Shown piece by piece: positions 37,900 through 49,200 of a DNA stretch of 64,000 nt. The stretch is from positions 96,001-160,000 of the forward strand of contig JBFGLM010000002.1 in the NCBI GenBank assembly GCA_041576165.1, written 5' to 3'. Each line of letters opens with the position of its first letter. Within the stretch, counting starts at the first letter, position 1. A program made the position numbers and the translations under genes. The notes beneath the pieces are model-generated. The model was given only the letters and a program-made list of their open reading frames with translations. It was not told where the DNA came from and searched no databases. The DNA comes from Acidimicrobiia bacterium. Lineage in GTDB: Bacteria; Actinomycetota; Acidimicrobiia; Spongiisociales; Spongiisociaceae.

Positions 37900-38472
37900 A
37901 TGGCTTCGATGTGGCAAAAGACACTCTTGTATCTGGGACTGGTCGACGAAGATGGTATTGACGAAGGGCCTGCCGGCCCGCCGACTCAAGCGCGCCCGGC
38001 GGCGCCGTCGCCTGCGGGTCGGCCCCAGGTAGCGCCGACCCAGCCACAGCACCCGGCCACCGGTGAGCAGCGTATCGGGCGTCGCGTCGAGCCCCCGCCG
38101 CCGACGCGCCGTCGCACGACCGCCGAGCCGGCACAGCGGGTGCACACCGACGCCGGAGTGGTCCTGCGCCGCGGGGACTATGCGGGCCCCACCGCCAGCC
38201 ATGCGGAGATAATCGCAGCGCATTCGTTCGCCGACGCCAAGCGACTGGCCGATCTAGTGCGGGAGCGAGTTCCCGTCATCGTCAACCTTCGCGATACGGA
38301 TCCGGACATGGTTCGGCGATTGGTCGATTTTGCGAGCGGTCTCATCTACGCGCTCGACGGCACGATGCGCAAGGTCGCCGAAGGAGTCATTCTGGTCAGC
38401 CCGCCCCGAGTCACGCTTTCCGCCGACGAGGAACGCCGCCTCGTCGACCTCGGCCTCTACGACGAGAGCTGA
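37900..38472 (+). CDS. sepF: Cell division protein SepF
   Basis: YLGL N-terminus; PVIVNL, RLVDFASGL.YAL.G C-terminal domain. Confidence 0.93.
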   Translation: MASMWQKTLLYLGLVDEDGIDEGPAGPPTQARPAAPSPAGRPQVAPTQPQHPATGEQRIGRRVEPPPPTRRRTTAEPAQRVHTDAGVVLRRGDYAGPTASHAEIIAAHSFADAKRLADLVRERVPVIVNLRDTDPDMVRRLVDFASGLIYALDGTMRKVAEGVILVSPPRVTLSADEERRLVDLGLYDES

Positions 38473-38480
38473 ACGAGACT

Positions 38481-38735
38481 GTGGGAATCATCTGCACAAT
38501 CCTGGCGCTCTACGTTTGGGTCGTGATCGCCCGGATCATTTTGGAGTGGATTCCGGTGCCCGGCGATCACCCGGTGGGTCAGGTGCGGCGAGGGCTCGCT
38601 CGGGTGACCGACCCGGTTCTGATGCCGCTCCGGCGCGCAATTCCCCCGCTGCGAACCGGCAGCATCGCGCTCGACCTGTCACCGATCGTCTTGATCCTGG
38701 GCCTGCAGGTGATCCAGGCTGTGCTCTGCCGCTGA
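38481..38735 (+). CDS. yggT: YggT family membrane protein
   Basis: TDPVL.PLRR.IPP and DLSPI motifs. Confidence 0.9.
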   Translation: MGIICTILALYVWVVIARIILEWIPVPGDHPVGQVRRGLARVTDPVLMPLRRAIPPLRTGSIALDLSPIVLILGLQVIQAVLCR

Positions 38736-38811
38736 ACGGCGATCGGGCCATTACCGGTGAAGGCTCAGGCTGCGGTGTATTCTGCCGCGATCCGGCCTGG
38801 GAGTACACGGC

Positions 38812-39618
38812 ATGCCGATGACGCCAACCGACGTACAACAGAAGACATTTCGGGTCGCGCTCCGCGGTTACGCCGAAGATGAGGTAGACGAGTTCCTGGA
38901 CGAAGTAGTCCTGTCGATCCGCGAATACGAGCAGCGGCTGGAAGAGCTGTCGTTCCAGGTAGGGAGCCTCGAGTCGGAGTTGGCCGAGACCCGCCACACC
39001 GAGGACGCCATGCGGCGAACGTTGTTGCTGGCCGAGCGGACTGCCGCCGAGATCACCGAAGAGGCCCGGCGTGACGCTGAGCGGATCGTGTCCGAGGCGC
39101 GTACGACCGCCAATTCGCTGACAGCGGAGCAAGCACAGGAGCGTCAGGAGCTGCTCGCCGAACTGCACCGGCTCCGCGACATCGTCACCGATGTCCGCGA
39201 GCGACTTGGCGACGTCACCAGGGATACTCAGTCCCGGCTGGCGCCCGTGTCCAGCCAGATAGACCGGACACTCGATGAATATGAAGACCAGGACCACGAA
39301 CCCGAGCCAGCCGACTCCCGTCCCGAGCTGCACGCAGTTGACGATACCGACGAGTGGTCTGAAGGTGACGAATCGGACGAGGCCGAAACGGAAGACTGGG
39401 ATTCCGGTGATGGAACCTACTGGGACCGGGGGGCCGATCGATCAGACGGCTCGGACGATGCCGAAACCGACGGTGGCGAACTCGACGAATCGGTAGCTGC
39501 TGCGAGCGACGAGGTGGACGACGTGGCGGATGAGGCCGACGAGCTTGCGACCGATGCACGAGACGAGGCCGAGGATCTCGGGACCCGGCGCCGGCCATGG
39601 GAGCGGTTCAGCGACTGA
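38812..39618 (+). CDS. divIVA: DivIVA protein with acidic C-terminal tail
   Basis: MTP.DV..K.F...RGY..DEVDEFLD followed by a coiled coil. Confidence 0.95.
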   Translation: MPMTPTDVQQKTFRVALRGYAEDEVDEFLDEVVLSIREYEQRLEELSFQVGSLESELAETRHTEDAMRRTLLLAERTAAEITEEARRDAERIVSEARTTANSLTAEQAQERQELLAELHRLRDIVTDVRERLGDVTRDTQSRLAPVSSQIDRTLDEYEDQDHEPEPADSRPELHAVDDTDEWSEGDESDEAETEDWDSGDGTYWDRGADRSDGSDDAETDGGELDESVAAASDEVDDVADEADELATDARDEAEDLGTRRRPWERFSD

Positions 39619-39653
39619 GTGGCGTCGCGCCATGCCGCCTGCCGGCGGTCACC

Positions 39654-42600
39654 TCATCGCACCCGCTCCAGCACGACGGCCAGAGACGCATCACCCACGG
39701 TGACCAGCTGATCGGCGGCTTGCGGATCGCGTCGCATTTCGACCGCCAACACCTCCTCGCCGATGAACGAGCTGTGCCGGTCGATGGCGGCGGCGAGGTG
39801 GTCGTCGTCGGTGTGCCATGCGACGCTGACCCGGTCGGAGACCGCCAGGTCGAGATCGCGGCGAATACCCTGCAGGCGGTTCACCACCTCGCGGGCCAGC
39901 CCCTCGGATATCAGCTCGGGTGACAAGGTCGTCTCCAGGGCCACTGAGAGGGCGCCGTCTGTCGAAACTGCCAGACCCGCTTTGGGTTCCCGGGTGATGA
40001 TCACGTCGTCCGTCGTCAACTCGTGACCGGCCACAACCAGCGGAGCGCCGCCGATGAAGTCATCGAGTTCCTCAGTGGTCAGCGTGGCCAGTCCGGCATT
40101 GACGTCCTTGACATGTGCGCCGAGCCGGGGACCCAGCGTCTTGAAGTTCGCCTTGGCCCGCAGGGCAACGACCGACGCCTCGTCCGGACGAACCCGGACT
40201 TCTTTGACGTTGAGTTCTTCGCTGATCAGAGCCACGTGGGATGCCACTGCTCGGTCGGCTGCGGGCTCACGGGTGAGCACGGTCAGCCGCTGTAGTGGCT
40301 GACGGATACCCACCTGCTCCTTGGCCCGGATGCCGCGGCCGAGTGCGACAACCGTTCGCACCGTGGCCATCGCATCCTCGAGCTCCGCGTCGATCATCGA
40401 ACGATCCGCCTGCGGGAAGTCGGTGAGGTGGACGCTGGCCGGAACATCGCCGGCGGGCGCATGGTCGACCACCAATCCCTGGTAGATCTCCTCGGAGACG
40501 AAGGGCAATACCGGGGCGAGCACCTGCACGAACGTGCTCAGGACATCGCGCAGGGTCGCGAATGCCGCCAGCTTGTCCGCCTCGTCATCGCCCCTGGCTC
40601 GCCAGAACCGACGCCGGGACCGGCGCACGTACCAGTTGGTCAAATCATCTATGAAACCCAGGGTTGGCGGCACGACGCTGTAGAGCCGGTAGCCCTCCAT
40701 CTCCCGGTTGACATCCGCTACGAGGCTTTGGAGCACCGACAGAATCCACCGGTCGATCTCGGGCCGGTCGGCGGGTGCCGCCGCCGCCGCCATATCCTCC
40801 ACCGTGATGCCGTCCGCCTCGGCGTACGTGGTGAAGAACGAGTAGCTGTTCCACAAGGGCAGAAGCACGGTTCGCACCACATCCCGCACCCCCTCCTGGG
40901 AGAATCGGAGAGGTTCGGCCCGAAGCACCGGGGAGTTGATCAGATATGCCCGCAGGGCGTCGGCCCCGAACTCGTCGAGTATGTCCATCGGGTCCGGGTA
41001 GTTCTTCAGGCTCTTGGACATCTTCCGGCCGTCCCCCGCCAGGATCATCCCGTTGACCACGCAGTTCTGGAACGAGGGACCATCAAACAGCGCGGCCGCC
41101 AGCACATGGAGGGTGTAGAACCAGCCCCGGGTCTGGTCCAGACCCTCCGCAATGAACTGGGCAGGGAACGTGTTTTCGAACAGTTCCCGGTTCTCGAACG
41201 GATAGTGGACCTGGGCATAGGGCATCGAACCCGATTCGAACCAACAATCGAGAACCTCGGGCACCCGGACCATCTCACCTTCACACCCCGGCTCGTCGCA
41301 CGGCCAGGTGACGAGATCGATGATGTGCTTGTGGAGGTCGTCGGGCCGCCGCCCCGAGGCCGTTTCCAGCTCATCGCGGGAACCAATCGCCGCGAAGTCG
41401 CCGCACGTGTCGCATTGCCAAACCGGGATGCAGCTGCCCCAGTAGCGGTTGCGGCTGATGGCCCAATCCCGAGCCCCTTCGAGCCAGTTGCCGAAGCGGC
41501 GGGATCCCACGTAGTCGGGCACCCAGTTGATCGCGTTGTTGTGCTCGACCATTCGGTCTTTGAACTCCTCGACCCGCACGAACCAGGTGGGAATCGCCTT
41601 GTAGATCAGCGGCGTGCCCGTGCGATAGCAGAAGGGGTACGAGTGAGTGATCCGCTCGCTCCGGACGAGGATGCCGGCATCTTTGAGGAGGCGGACCAGC
41701 ACCCCGTCGGCGTCTTTGATGTTCATGCCGGCGACATCCCCCGCTTCCTCGGTGAAGCGTCCCTCGGCGTCGACCGGATCGACCAGCACGTCGAGGCCGG
41801 CTGCTTGAAGAGCAAAGAAGTCGGCTTCGCCGTACGCCGGAGCCATGTGCACCAGGCCGGTGCCGTCCTCGGTGGTGACATCCGTCGACAGCAATACCCG
41901 GAAAGCTCCCCGGTCGCGCTCGGTGCCGAAATAGTCGAATGGCGGCAGGTACCCGACACCGGCCAGCTCGGCGCCGGTCGCGCGGGCGGCCGGGCTGGTG
42001 CCTTCGGGCCAATACGCGTCGACCCGAGACTCCGCCAGCCAGAATCGCTGGTCGCCTTCATCGATCCGGACGTAGCTGATCTCCTCACCAACCGCCACGG
42101 CCAGGTTGCCGGGGAGGGTCCACGGGGTAGTGGTCCAGATGAGCAGATAGTCGCCGGCTGCGACCGGCCCGGCCCCTTCGGTGACCGCCAGCTTCACCGT
42201 GATCGAGGGGTCCTCGGTGTCGCGATAGTCCAGGTTTGCCTCGAAGTTGGACAGTGGCGTTGTGGCACCCCATGAGTACGGCAGGACCTTGAAGTCGCGG
42301 TAGATCAGCTCCTTGTCCCACAACCGCTTGAAGACCCACCAGACCGACTCCATGAAGTCGACATCCATCGTCTTGTAGTCGTTCTCCATGTCGACCCACC
42401 GGCCCACGCGGCGCACCATCGTTTCCCACTCGTCGGCGGTCGTCTCCACCAGGGCCCGGCACGCTTCGTTGAACCGATCTATCCCGTATTCCGCAATCTG
42501 ACGGGGACCGGAGATGCCCAGTTCCTTCTCGACCTCCATCTCCACCGGCAGCCCGTGGGTGTCCCATCCGAAGCGCCGCTCCACCCGATAGCCGCGCATC

Positions 42601-42836
42601 GCCCAGTACCTGGGCACGACGTCCTTGATGATCCCGGCAAGGATGTGGCCGTAGTGCGGTGACCCGTTGGCGAAAGGTGGCCCGTCATAGAAGACGTATC
42701 CCATGTCGCGTGGGCGCATCTCGACCTGCTGGTTGAACGCGTCGATGTCGTCCCACAGGTCGAGGATGCGCGTGTCGATCGCAGGGAGGTCGAGGCGTGG
42801 TGCGACTCGAGTGAAGCCTTTTTGAGGTTGCGTCAT
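39654..42836 (-). CDS. ileS: Isoleucine-tRNA ligase (type 2)
   Basis: DGPPFANG.PHYGH, GWDTHGLP, WTTTPWTLP, DWAISRNRYWG and KMSKS. ATG 42836 follows GAGGA. Confidence 0.97.
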   Translation of the reverse strand: MTQPQKGFTRVAPRLDLPAIDTRILDLWDDIDAFNQQVEMRPRDMGYVFYDGPPFANGSPHYGHILAGIIKDVVPRYWAMRGYRVERRFGWDTHGLPVEMEVEKELGISGPRQIAEYGIDRFNEACRALVETTADEWETMVRRVGRWVDMENDYKTMDVDFMESVWWVFKRLWDKELIYRDFKVLPYSWGATTPLSNFEANLDYRDTEDPSITVKLAVTEGAGPVAAGDYLLIWTTTPWTLPGNLAVAVGEEISYVRIDEGDQRFWLAESRVDAYWPEGTSPAARATGAELAGVGYLPPFDYFGTERDRGAFRVLLSTDVTTEDGTGLVHMAPAYGEADFFALQAAGLDVLVDPVDAEGRFTEEAGDVAGMNIKDADGVLVRLLKDAGILVRSERITHSYPFCYRTGTPLIYKAIPTWFVRVEEFKDRMVEHNNAINWVPDYVGSRRFGNWLEGARDWAISRNRYWGSCIPVWQCDTCGDFAAIGSRDELETASGRRPDDLHKHIIDLVTWPCDEPGCEGEMVRVPEVLDCWFESGSMPYAQVHYPFENRELFENTFPAQFIAEGLDQTRGWFYTLHVLAAALFDGPSFQNCVVNGMILAGDGRKMSKSLKNYPDPMDILDEFGADALRAYLINSPVLRAEPLRFSQEGVRDVVRTVLLPLWNSYSFFTTYAEADGITVEDMAAAAAPADRPEIDRWILSVLQSLVADVNREMEGYRLYSVVPPTLGFIDDLTNWYVRRSRRRFWRARGDDEADKLAAFATLRDVLSTFVQVLAPVLPFVSEEIYQGLVVDHAPAGDVPASVHLTDFPQADRSMIDAELEDAMATVRTVVALGRGIRAKEQVGIRQPLQRLTVLTREPAADRAVASHVALISEELNVKEVRVRPDEASVVALRAKANFKTLGPRLGAHVKDVNAGLATLTTEELDDFIGGAPLVVAGHELTTDDVIITREPKAGLAVSTDGALSVALETTLSPELISEGLAREVVNRLQGIRRDLDLAVSDRVSVAWHTDDDHLAAAIDRHSSFIGEEVLAVEMRRDPQAADQLVTVGDASLAVVLERVR

Positions 42837-43052
42837 CCGGTCCTCACGGGGGCGACGCGGCATCGTAGCCGCGTTCGTGGGCTGCCAAGGGAGGTCGCGG
42901 GGCGAGCCGTTCGGTTCCGACAACGGGCGGGTCGCCGGCTGGGAGATGTGGGGTCGGCGCGGGTTCGTCGGGCACGCCCCCGGTTCATAGTGGTGACCGG
43001 CCCGCCGTACCCGGGCCGATCTTCCGTTCTTTCGTCGGGATACCATCACCGG

Positions 43053-43772
43053 ATGTCCGCCGTCGACTTCGCGCGCGCCCTGGCTGCGCACCCTGAAGGG
43101 GTGATGATGGCGGTTTGGGCGGTACCCGGAGCATCCCGCACCGAGGTGTCGGGCTTGCACGGAGATGCCGTGCGAGTCCGGGTTGCAGCCCCGCCTGAAG
43201 GCGGACGGGCCAACCGGGCCATCATCACGTTGTTTGCCGGAATCTTCGACGCTCGGGTTGACATGGCGGCGGGCACCACCTCGCGCAAGAAGCGCTTGCT
43301 GGTAGAGCGCGTTTCCGTTGAGGAGGCCGCTGATGCCCTGTCCCGGGCTACAAAGGCTGGATGTCTGCTATGTTCCCGGCGCCAGGAGGTGTCGGTGCCT
43401 GCACGGAAACCCACCGCGGCGGACCTGAAGAAGTTCCGAGCGCTGCTCGAAGAGGAGCAGAGCCGCCTCAGCGCGGTGCTCAAGGCACATGAGACCGAGA
43501 TCGAAGAGGCGCGCCTGGCCGAAACGTCGGCGGATCGCGACGCCGACCCCGAGAACGCCGACGCCGGTGCCATGCGGTACGAGATGCAGAAGGAACTGGC
43601 GGTCGATCTCAATGCCAGAGACATACTGGCCAAAGTGGGATACGCGCTCGGTCGGATCGAGGCGAAGACGTACGGGATCTGCGAGGATTGCGGCAACCCC
43701 ATCCCCAAAGCGCGGCTCGAGGCCATCCCGTACACCAGCCTGTGCGTCAAATGCGCGTCGGCCCGGCGCTGA
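43053..43772 (+). CDS. DUF167 (YggU-like) domain in frame with a TraR/DksA C4 zinc-finger protein; the DksA part probably also starts at GTG 43395
   Basis: PGA.R.EV.G, V.APPE.G.AN and G.TSR.K (DUF167), no stop codon, then a coiled coil and YGICEDCG.PIP..RLEA.P...LCVKC. Confidence 0.85.
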   Translation: MSAVDFARALAAHPEGVMMAVWAVPGASRTEVSGLHGDAVRVRVAAPPEGGRANRAIITLFAGIFDARVDMAAGTTSRKKRLLVERVSVEEAADALSRATKAGCLLCSRRQEVSVPARKPTAADLKKFRALLEEEQSRLSAVLKAHETEIEEARLAETSADRDADPENADAGAMRYEMQKELAVDLNARDILAKVGYALGRIEAKTYGICEDCGNPIPKARLEAIPYTSLCVKCASARR

Positions 43773-43790
43773 CGCTGTTTCGGACTCGCC

Positions 43791-44324
43791 ATGACAGGCT
43801 CCATGGGTGACGTACCCGGTCCGGCCGGCGCGATGCCATCGAACGCCGCACCGGTCAGTCGAGTCGTCGCCGCCCGGTATCCGGTAGCCGCGGCGCTGGC
43901 GCTGACGATCATCGTGGTCGATCGTCTGACCAAGATCTGGGCGGAAGCGGAGCTGGCCGATGGATCGATTGAGGTGATTCCCAGCATTCTCTCGTTGAGC
44001 CTGGCCGAGAACACCGGGGCATCGTTCAGCCTCTTCCAGGGAGCGGGGCCGATCCTCGGCGTCGCTGCCCTGGTCGCTGTAGTCGTCATCTGGGTGGCGC
44101 TGCGCAACGTTGACATGGGCACTGAGGTGGTGGGCTTGGGCCTGATCATGGGGGGCGCAGTCGGCAACTTCATCGACCGGGTGATCCGGTCGGACGGGTT
44201 CCTCGATGGCGCTGTTGTGGACTTCATCGAGTTCCCCAATTTCCCGAACTTCAACGTGGCCGACTCGGCAATAACGATTGGCGCGGTGCTGCTCATATGG
44301 TCGGCGATCCGCAGGAAAGACTGA
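43791..44324 (+). CDS. lspA: Lipoprotein signal peptidase
   Basis: D..TK, NTGASFS, GAVGNFIDR, VVDFI and FNVAD. Confidence 0.95.
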   Translation: MTGSMGDVPGPAGAMPSNAAPVSRVVAARYPVAAALALTIIVVDRLTKIWAEAELADGSIEVIPSILSLSLAENTGASFSLFQGAGPILGVAALVAVVVIWVALRNVDMGTEVVGLGLIMGGAVGNFIDRVIRSDGFLDGAVVDFIEFPNFPNFNVADSAITIGAVLLIWSAIRRKD

Positions 44325-45223
44325 TTCTCGAGGTGCCCGCGGACCTGGACGGGGTCAGAGCAGATCGGGTGATCGCGGTCCTCAGTGGATTGACGCGCAG
44401 CGAGGTACAGCGGCTGGTCGACGCCGGACACGCCACCAGTGGGGGCGCCATCTTGCAAAGGCGCGATCAGCTGACCGCCGGGGCCCGGATTCAGCTCGAC
44501 GTCCCAGTTGGAGAGGAAGAGACTCCGGCCGAGGAGGTCGACTTCGGAGTCGTCTACCAGGACGACGATTTGGCAGTTGTGGCGAAGCCGGCCGGATTGG
44601 TGGTTCATCCCGGTGCTGGGAACCGCCGCGGGACCCTGGTGAACGGCATCCTCTGGCGCTGGCCCCAGGTGCGGGGGGTGGGTCAGCCGGGTCGATGGGG
44701 CATCGTCCACCGCCTCGATCGCGACACGTCCGGCGTCCTTGCGGTGGCCAAATCGCCAGCCGGCTATGACGGGCTGAAACGGCTGGTCGAGCGACGCGAG
44801 ATGGAACGCCGCTATCTGGCGTTGGTCCACGGCACCCTGGAGCTCCCGACGGGTACCATCGACGCCCCGCTAGGTCGGGACCCGCGGCACCCCACCCGTA
44901 TGCAGGTGAGAGCCGACGGCCGCCGGGCGGTGACGCACTACCAGGTCCGACGCAGCTTCACCGGACACACGCTGCTCGAGGTCCGGTTAGAGACCGGTCG
45001 TACCCACCAGATCCGCGTCCACCTCGCCTCGATCGGGCTACCGGTCGTCGGCGATCCCGTCTACGGACGGCCGGGGGAGGAGGGCGTTGATCCGGGCCGG
45101 GTGTGGCTGCACGCAGCATCGCTGGAGTTCACGCATCCCATCTCCAGCAAGCCGGTGAGGGCTGAGGCTCCGCTGCCCGCCGAGCTTTCCGGCTCACTGG
45201 CATCGGTGGAATCCCATGCCTGA
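44297..45223 (+). CDS. RluA/RluD-family pseudouridine synthase
   Basis: S4-like N-terminus, KPAGLVVHP, VHRLDRDTSG, LETGRTHQIRVH and GDPVYG. Confidence 0.95.
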   Translation: MVGDPQERLILEVPADLDGVRADRVIAVLSGLTRSEVQRLVDAGHATSGGAILQRRDQLTAGARIQLDVPVGEEETPAEEVDFGVVYQDDDLAVVAKPAGLVVHPGAGNRRGTLVNGILWRWPQVRGVGQPGRWGIVHRLDRDTSGVLAVAKSPAGYDGLKRLVERREMERRYLALVHGTLELPTGTIDAPLGRDPRHPTRMQVRADGRRAVTHYQVRRSFTGHTLLEVRLETGRTHQIRVHLASIGLPVVGDPVYGRPGEEGVDPGRVWLHAASLEFTHPISSKPVRAEAPLPAELSGSLASVESHA

Positions 45224-46067
45224 CACCACCCACCATGTCCCGCTGACCTTCGTCGAAGCCCTGTCCGCCGTCCGGCGGTCGGTACTAGAGCCGGATGTCA
45301 TCCCGGCCAAGGTTGTGGCAGGTGCCGTGCGCATGGTGGCACCAGCCGGACCGAGCCGGGCAATGGTCGATAGCTGGAGCACCGAGTCGGCGACAGGACC
45401 GGCAGTGGCGGACGTCGCCTCGCTGCTGGAGGCGGCCCGGCGGACTCATGTCGGGCCGGGGGTGGCGGAACCGGTCCATGCCCGTTACGGAGAGGTCGGG
45501 GTGGTGGCCGCCGTCGCCCTGGCTTCGGTCTTGGCCGCCGAGTCCCTGGACCGGCCGCTCCACCCATTTGGGCCGACGCTGGGCTTGGGGGGCCGCCGGC
45601 TTGGATCCGACTTGTTGGGCCTTGCGCAGCAACTGCACCGGTCGTGTGGTGTGATCCCGCATCGGTGGCGAGCCCTGAGCCTGCACGATCGGACCGCGTT
45701 GCGGTGGTGGGACGCACATGAGGGAGCGATGGTCCCCGGCTGGCTGACGGGCGAAGAGAAGTGGCTGGCGATGGCCTCATTGGCGGACGCCATGGGCGAC
45801 ACGGATCTCAGCCGGCTCTACGCGGGATTCCTCGCGGCACAGGGCTGGGACCGTTTGGACGTGGAAGCGGGGATCTACGGTCGTCTGTCGCGGCTGCGCA
45901 ACGGGCTGCCGGGAGCCTTGCGCGGGGTGCGCCAAATGGTGATATCCGGCCTCGACCGACGTCGAGTCGAGCTGGCTGGGGCGGACATTGCCGCTGAGGG
46001 TGTGGCCGAACTGGTGGACCTGGCCCGCCTGGCCCGGGGGATGGTTGTCATCGGGACACTCGACTGA
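45216..46067 (+). CDS. Hypothetical protein
   Basis: 283-aa ORF overlapping the RluA-family stop and filling the gap before dnaE; no recognisable motif. Confidence 0.65.
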   Translation: MPDTTHHVPLTFVEALSAVRRSVLEPDVIPAKVVAGAVRMVAPAGPSRAMVDSWSTESATGPAVADVASLLEAARRTHVGPGVAEPVHARYGEVGVVAAVALASVLAAESLDRPLHPFGPTLGLGGRRLGSDLLGLAQQLHRSCGVIPHRWRALSLHDRTALRWWDAHEGAMVPGWLTGEEKWLAMASLADAMGDTDLSRLYAGFLAAQGWDRLDVEAGIYGRLSRLRNGLPGALRGVRQMVISGLDRRRVELAGADIAAEGVAELVDLARLARGMVVIGTLD

Positions 46068-46218
46068 ATCACCGCGTGGCCAGGTGTCGCGGCCTACCAT
46101 GCCCGGCGTCGCACTTCCCTGCCGGCGTGGCGCCGACCCGTGACGCTAACCGCGGCAACGCGTGCGCTACGCTCGCGAGAATTACAGATCTGGGATTCAA
46201 AGCGCCGAGGACGGTCCG

Positions 46219-49200
46219 TTGAGCGACAGCTTCGCACACCTGCATTTGCACACCGAGTTCTCGATGCTGGACGGGGCAGCCCGGGTGCAGGACGTCGTCA
46301 AGACCGCGGCAGGGATGGGCCAGCCGGGGATTGCGATCACCGACCACGGGGTGATGTATGGCGTCATCGATTTCGTCAAGGCCGCCCAGGCCCACGAAAT
46401 AAACCCGATCGTCGGCATCGAAGCCTATGTGACCCCGGGCAGTCGCTTCGACCGCCCCTCCAGAGCCGAGAACATCCGGCATCACATGATCCTGCTGGCT
46501 GAAAACGACACCGGCTACCACAACCTGCTCCAGATGACGTCCCGGGCGTATACGGAGGGCTACTACTACAAACCGCGCCTCGACTTCGAGTTGATGGCGA
46601 CGCACGCCGAAGGCGTCATCGCGACCTCCGGGTGCCTGGGCGGTCCGGTGCCGCAGATGCTGGCCCCCGACGCCTCGCGGGAAGAGGGCAACGTCAATCA
46701 GGAGCGTGATTTTGACGGGGCATTGAAGGTCGCCGGCCAGCTTCAGGACATCTTCGGCAAGGACAATTTCCTCATCGAGTTGCAGGACCATGGGATCGAG
46801 GCCCAGCGGCGCATCATGTCGGACCTGGTGGACATCGGCCGGTCGATCGGGGCGCCGCTGCTGGCCACGAACGACGCCCACTACACCCGTCAGGACGAAG
46901 CAGAAGCCCATGACGTGCTGTTGTGTATTCAGACCGGCGCCACCATCGACGAGCCCGATCGACTCACGTTCGAAGGAGACCAGTTCTATCTGAAATCGGC
47001 CGACCAGATGCGGGCCTTGTTTCCGGCGGACCAGTTCCCAGGCGCGTGTGACAACACACTCTGGATTGCGGAACGGGCGTCCACCAAGCTCGAATTCGGC
47101 AACATCCTGCTGCCGCACTTTCCGGTTCCGGAGGGCCACGATCCCGAGTCCTACCTGGAGGAACTGGTGCTCGACGGCGCCCGGGCCAGGTACGGCGGGG
47201 GCCTGTCAACCGAGGTGCAGGAACGCATCGCTCACGAGCTCCAGATCATCTCTGACATGGGCTTCCCTGCCTACTTCCTCATCGTCTGGGACCTGATTCG
47301 CTACGCCCGAGAGCATCACATCCGCACTGGTCCCGGGCGGGGGAGCGCAGCGGGTTCCATCGTGGCGTATTCGTTGGGCATCACCGACCTCGACCCCATC
47401 AAGTACGGGCTGATCTTCGAGCGATTCCTCAACCCCGGCCGCCGCGAGATGCCGGACATCGACATGGACTTCGACGAACGCTATCGGGCCGACGTGATTC
47501 GTTACGCGTCCGAGAAGTACGGGTCGGATCACGTTGCGCAGATCATCACCTTCTCGACGATCAAGGGCAAGCAGGCGATCCGCGACTCGGCGCGGGTTCT
47601 GGGTCTCCCGTACCACGTGGGTGACCGGGTGGCGAAGATGATGCCGGCCGCCATTCTCGGCAAGGAAGCCACCCTCAGCCAGTGCCTGGACGAACCGGAT
47701 ACAGACGCTGAATCCAGCGTGTGGGATTGGTATGCGAACGCGTCCGACCTGCGTGAGGCCTACGCCGCCGACCCCGACGTCAAACGAGTGGTCGACACGG
47801 CCAAAGGACTCGAAGGCCTCCGCCGTCAGGATTCCATCCATGCCGCCGCCGTCGTCATATCACCGCAGCCGCTCATCGACCTGGTCCCGATCCAGCAGAA
47901 GGGCGAGGAAGCCGAGGTCGTCACTCAATATGAGATGCACGGGATCGAGGATCTGGGGCTCCTCAAGATGGACTTCCTCGGCCTACGCAATCTGTCGACC
48001 ATCGAGCGGGCGCTGGAGCTGATCGAGGCGGGTAGGGGCCGGCGGATCGACATCGATCAGGTGCCGCTGGATGATGCAGATACCTTCGACCTGCTGTGCC
48101 GGGGCGACACCATCGGTGTCTTCCAGCTCGAGGGCAGCGCGATGCGGGCACTCATCCGCAGCCTGCAACCTGACTCCTTCGAGGACGTCATCGCGCTGGT
48201 GGCGCTCTACCGACCCGGCCCGATGTCGAACAACTGGCACAACGCCTATGCCGACCGCAAGAACGGGCGTCAGGCGGTGGACTATCCGCATCCCGCTACC
48301 GAGGAAGTGCTGAAAGACACATACGGCCTGATGATCTACCAGGAACAGGTGATGGAGATCGCACGCCAACTCGCCGGCTACTCGATGGCCGACGCCGATT
48401 CCCTCCGCAAGGCCATGGGCAAGAAGATCCCCGCCATCATGCGCAAGGAGAGGGACAAGTTCGTGGCAGGAGCGGTCGCCCAGGGCCACGATGAGAAGTT
48501 CGGCGCCGAACTGTTCGACTCCATCGAGGGATTCGCGGGCTACGGGTTCAACAAGAGCCACTCGGCCTGCTACGGGCTGGTCGCCTACCAGACGGCATAT
48601 CTGAAGGCCCACTATCCCGCCGAGTACATGGCGGCGCTACTGACGTCCGTGAAGCGGGACAAGGACAAGACCGCGGTGTATTTGAACGAATGTCGCACGA
48701 TGAGCGTTGATGTCCTGACGCCCTGCGTCAACCGTTCCCAGAGCGATTTCACGGTCGATGGCGGCAAGATCCTCTTCGGTCTATCGGCCATCCGCAACGT
48801 CGGCGAAGGAGTCGTCGAAAAGATCCTCGCAGCGCGCGGCGCGGGTGGGGCATTCGCCGACTTCTCCGATTTTGTCGATCGCGTCGACATGGGGGCGCTC
48901 AACAAGAGGACTGTTGAGTCGCTCATCAAAGCGGGGGCTTTCGACTCGGTCGGCCACTCTCGCAAAGGCCTGTTCTTGCGCTACGACGAGATCCTGACCG
49001 CTGCCATCAACCGCCGCCGCAACGAGGAGATCGGGCAGTTCAGCCTCTTCGGCGGCGACGACGGCGTCGAGGTCGAAGCGGTGGAGATCAGCCTGGACGA
49101 GTGGCAGAAGAAGACGTTGCTCGCGTTCGAGAAGGAGATGCTCGGTCTCTACATCTCTGACCATCCGCTGCTGGGCGTCGAACCGACGATGCGGCGGGCG

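Noticed and set aside
40428-42275. 615-aa plus-strand ORF
   Set aside because: Antisense shadow of ileS, typical of high-GC codon bias; no motifs.
43046-44830. 594-aa minus-strand ORF
   Set aside because: Antisense to three well-supported genes (DUF167/DksA, lspA, RluA family); Ser/Thr/Ala-rich shadow frame.
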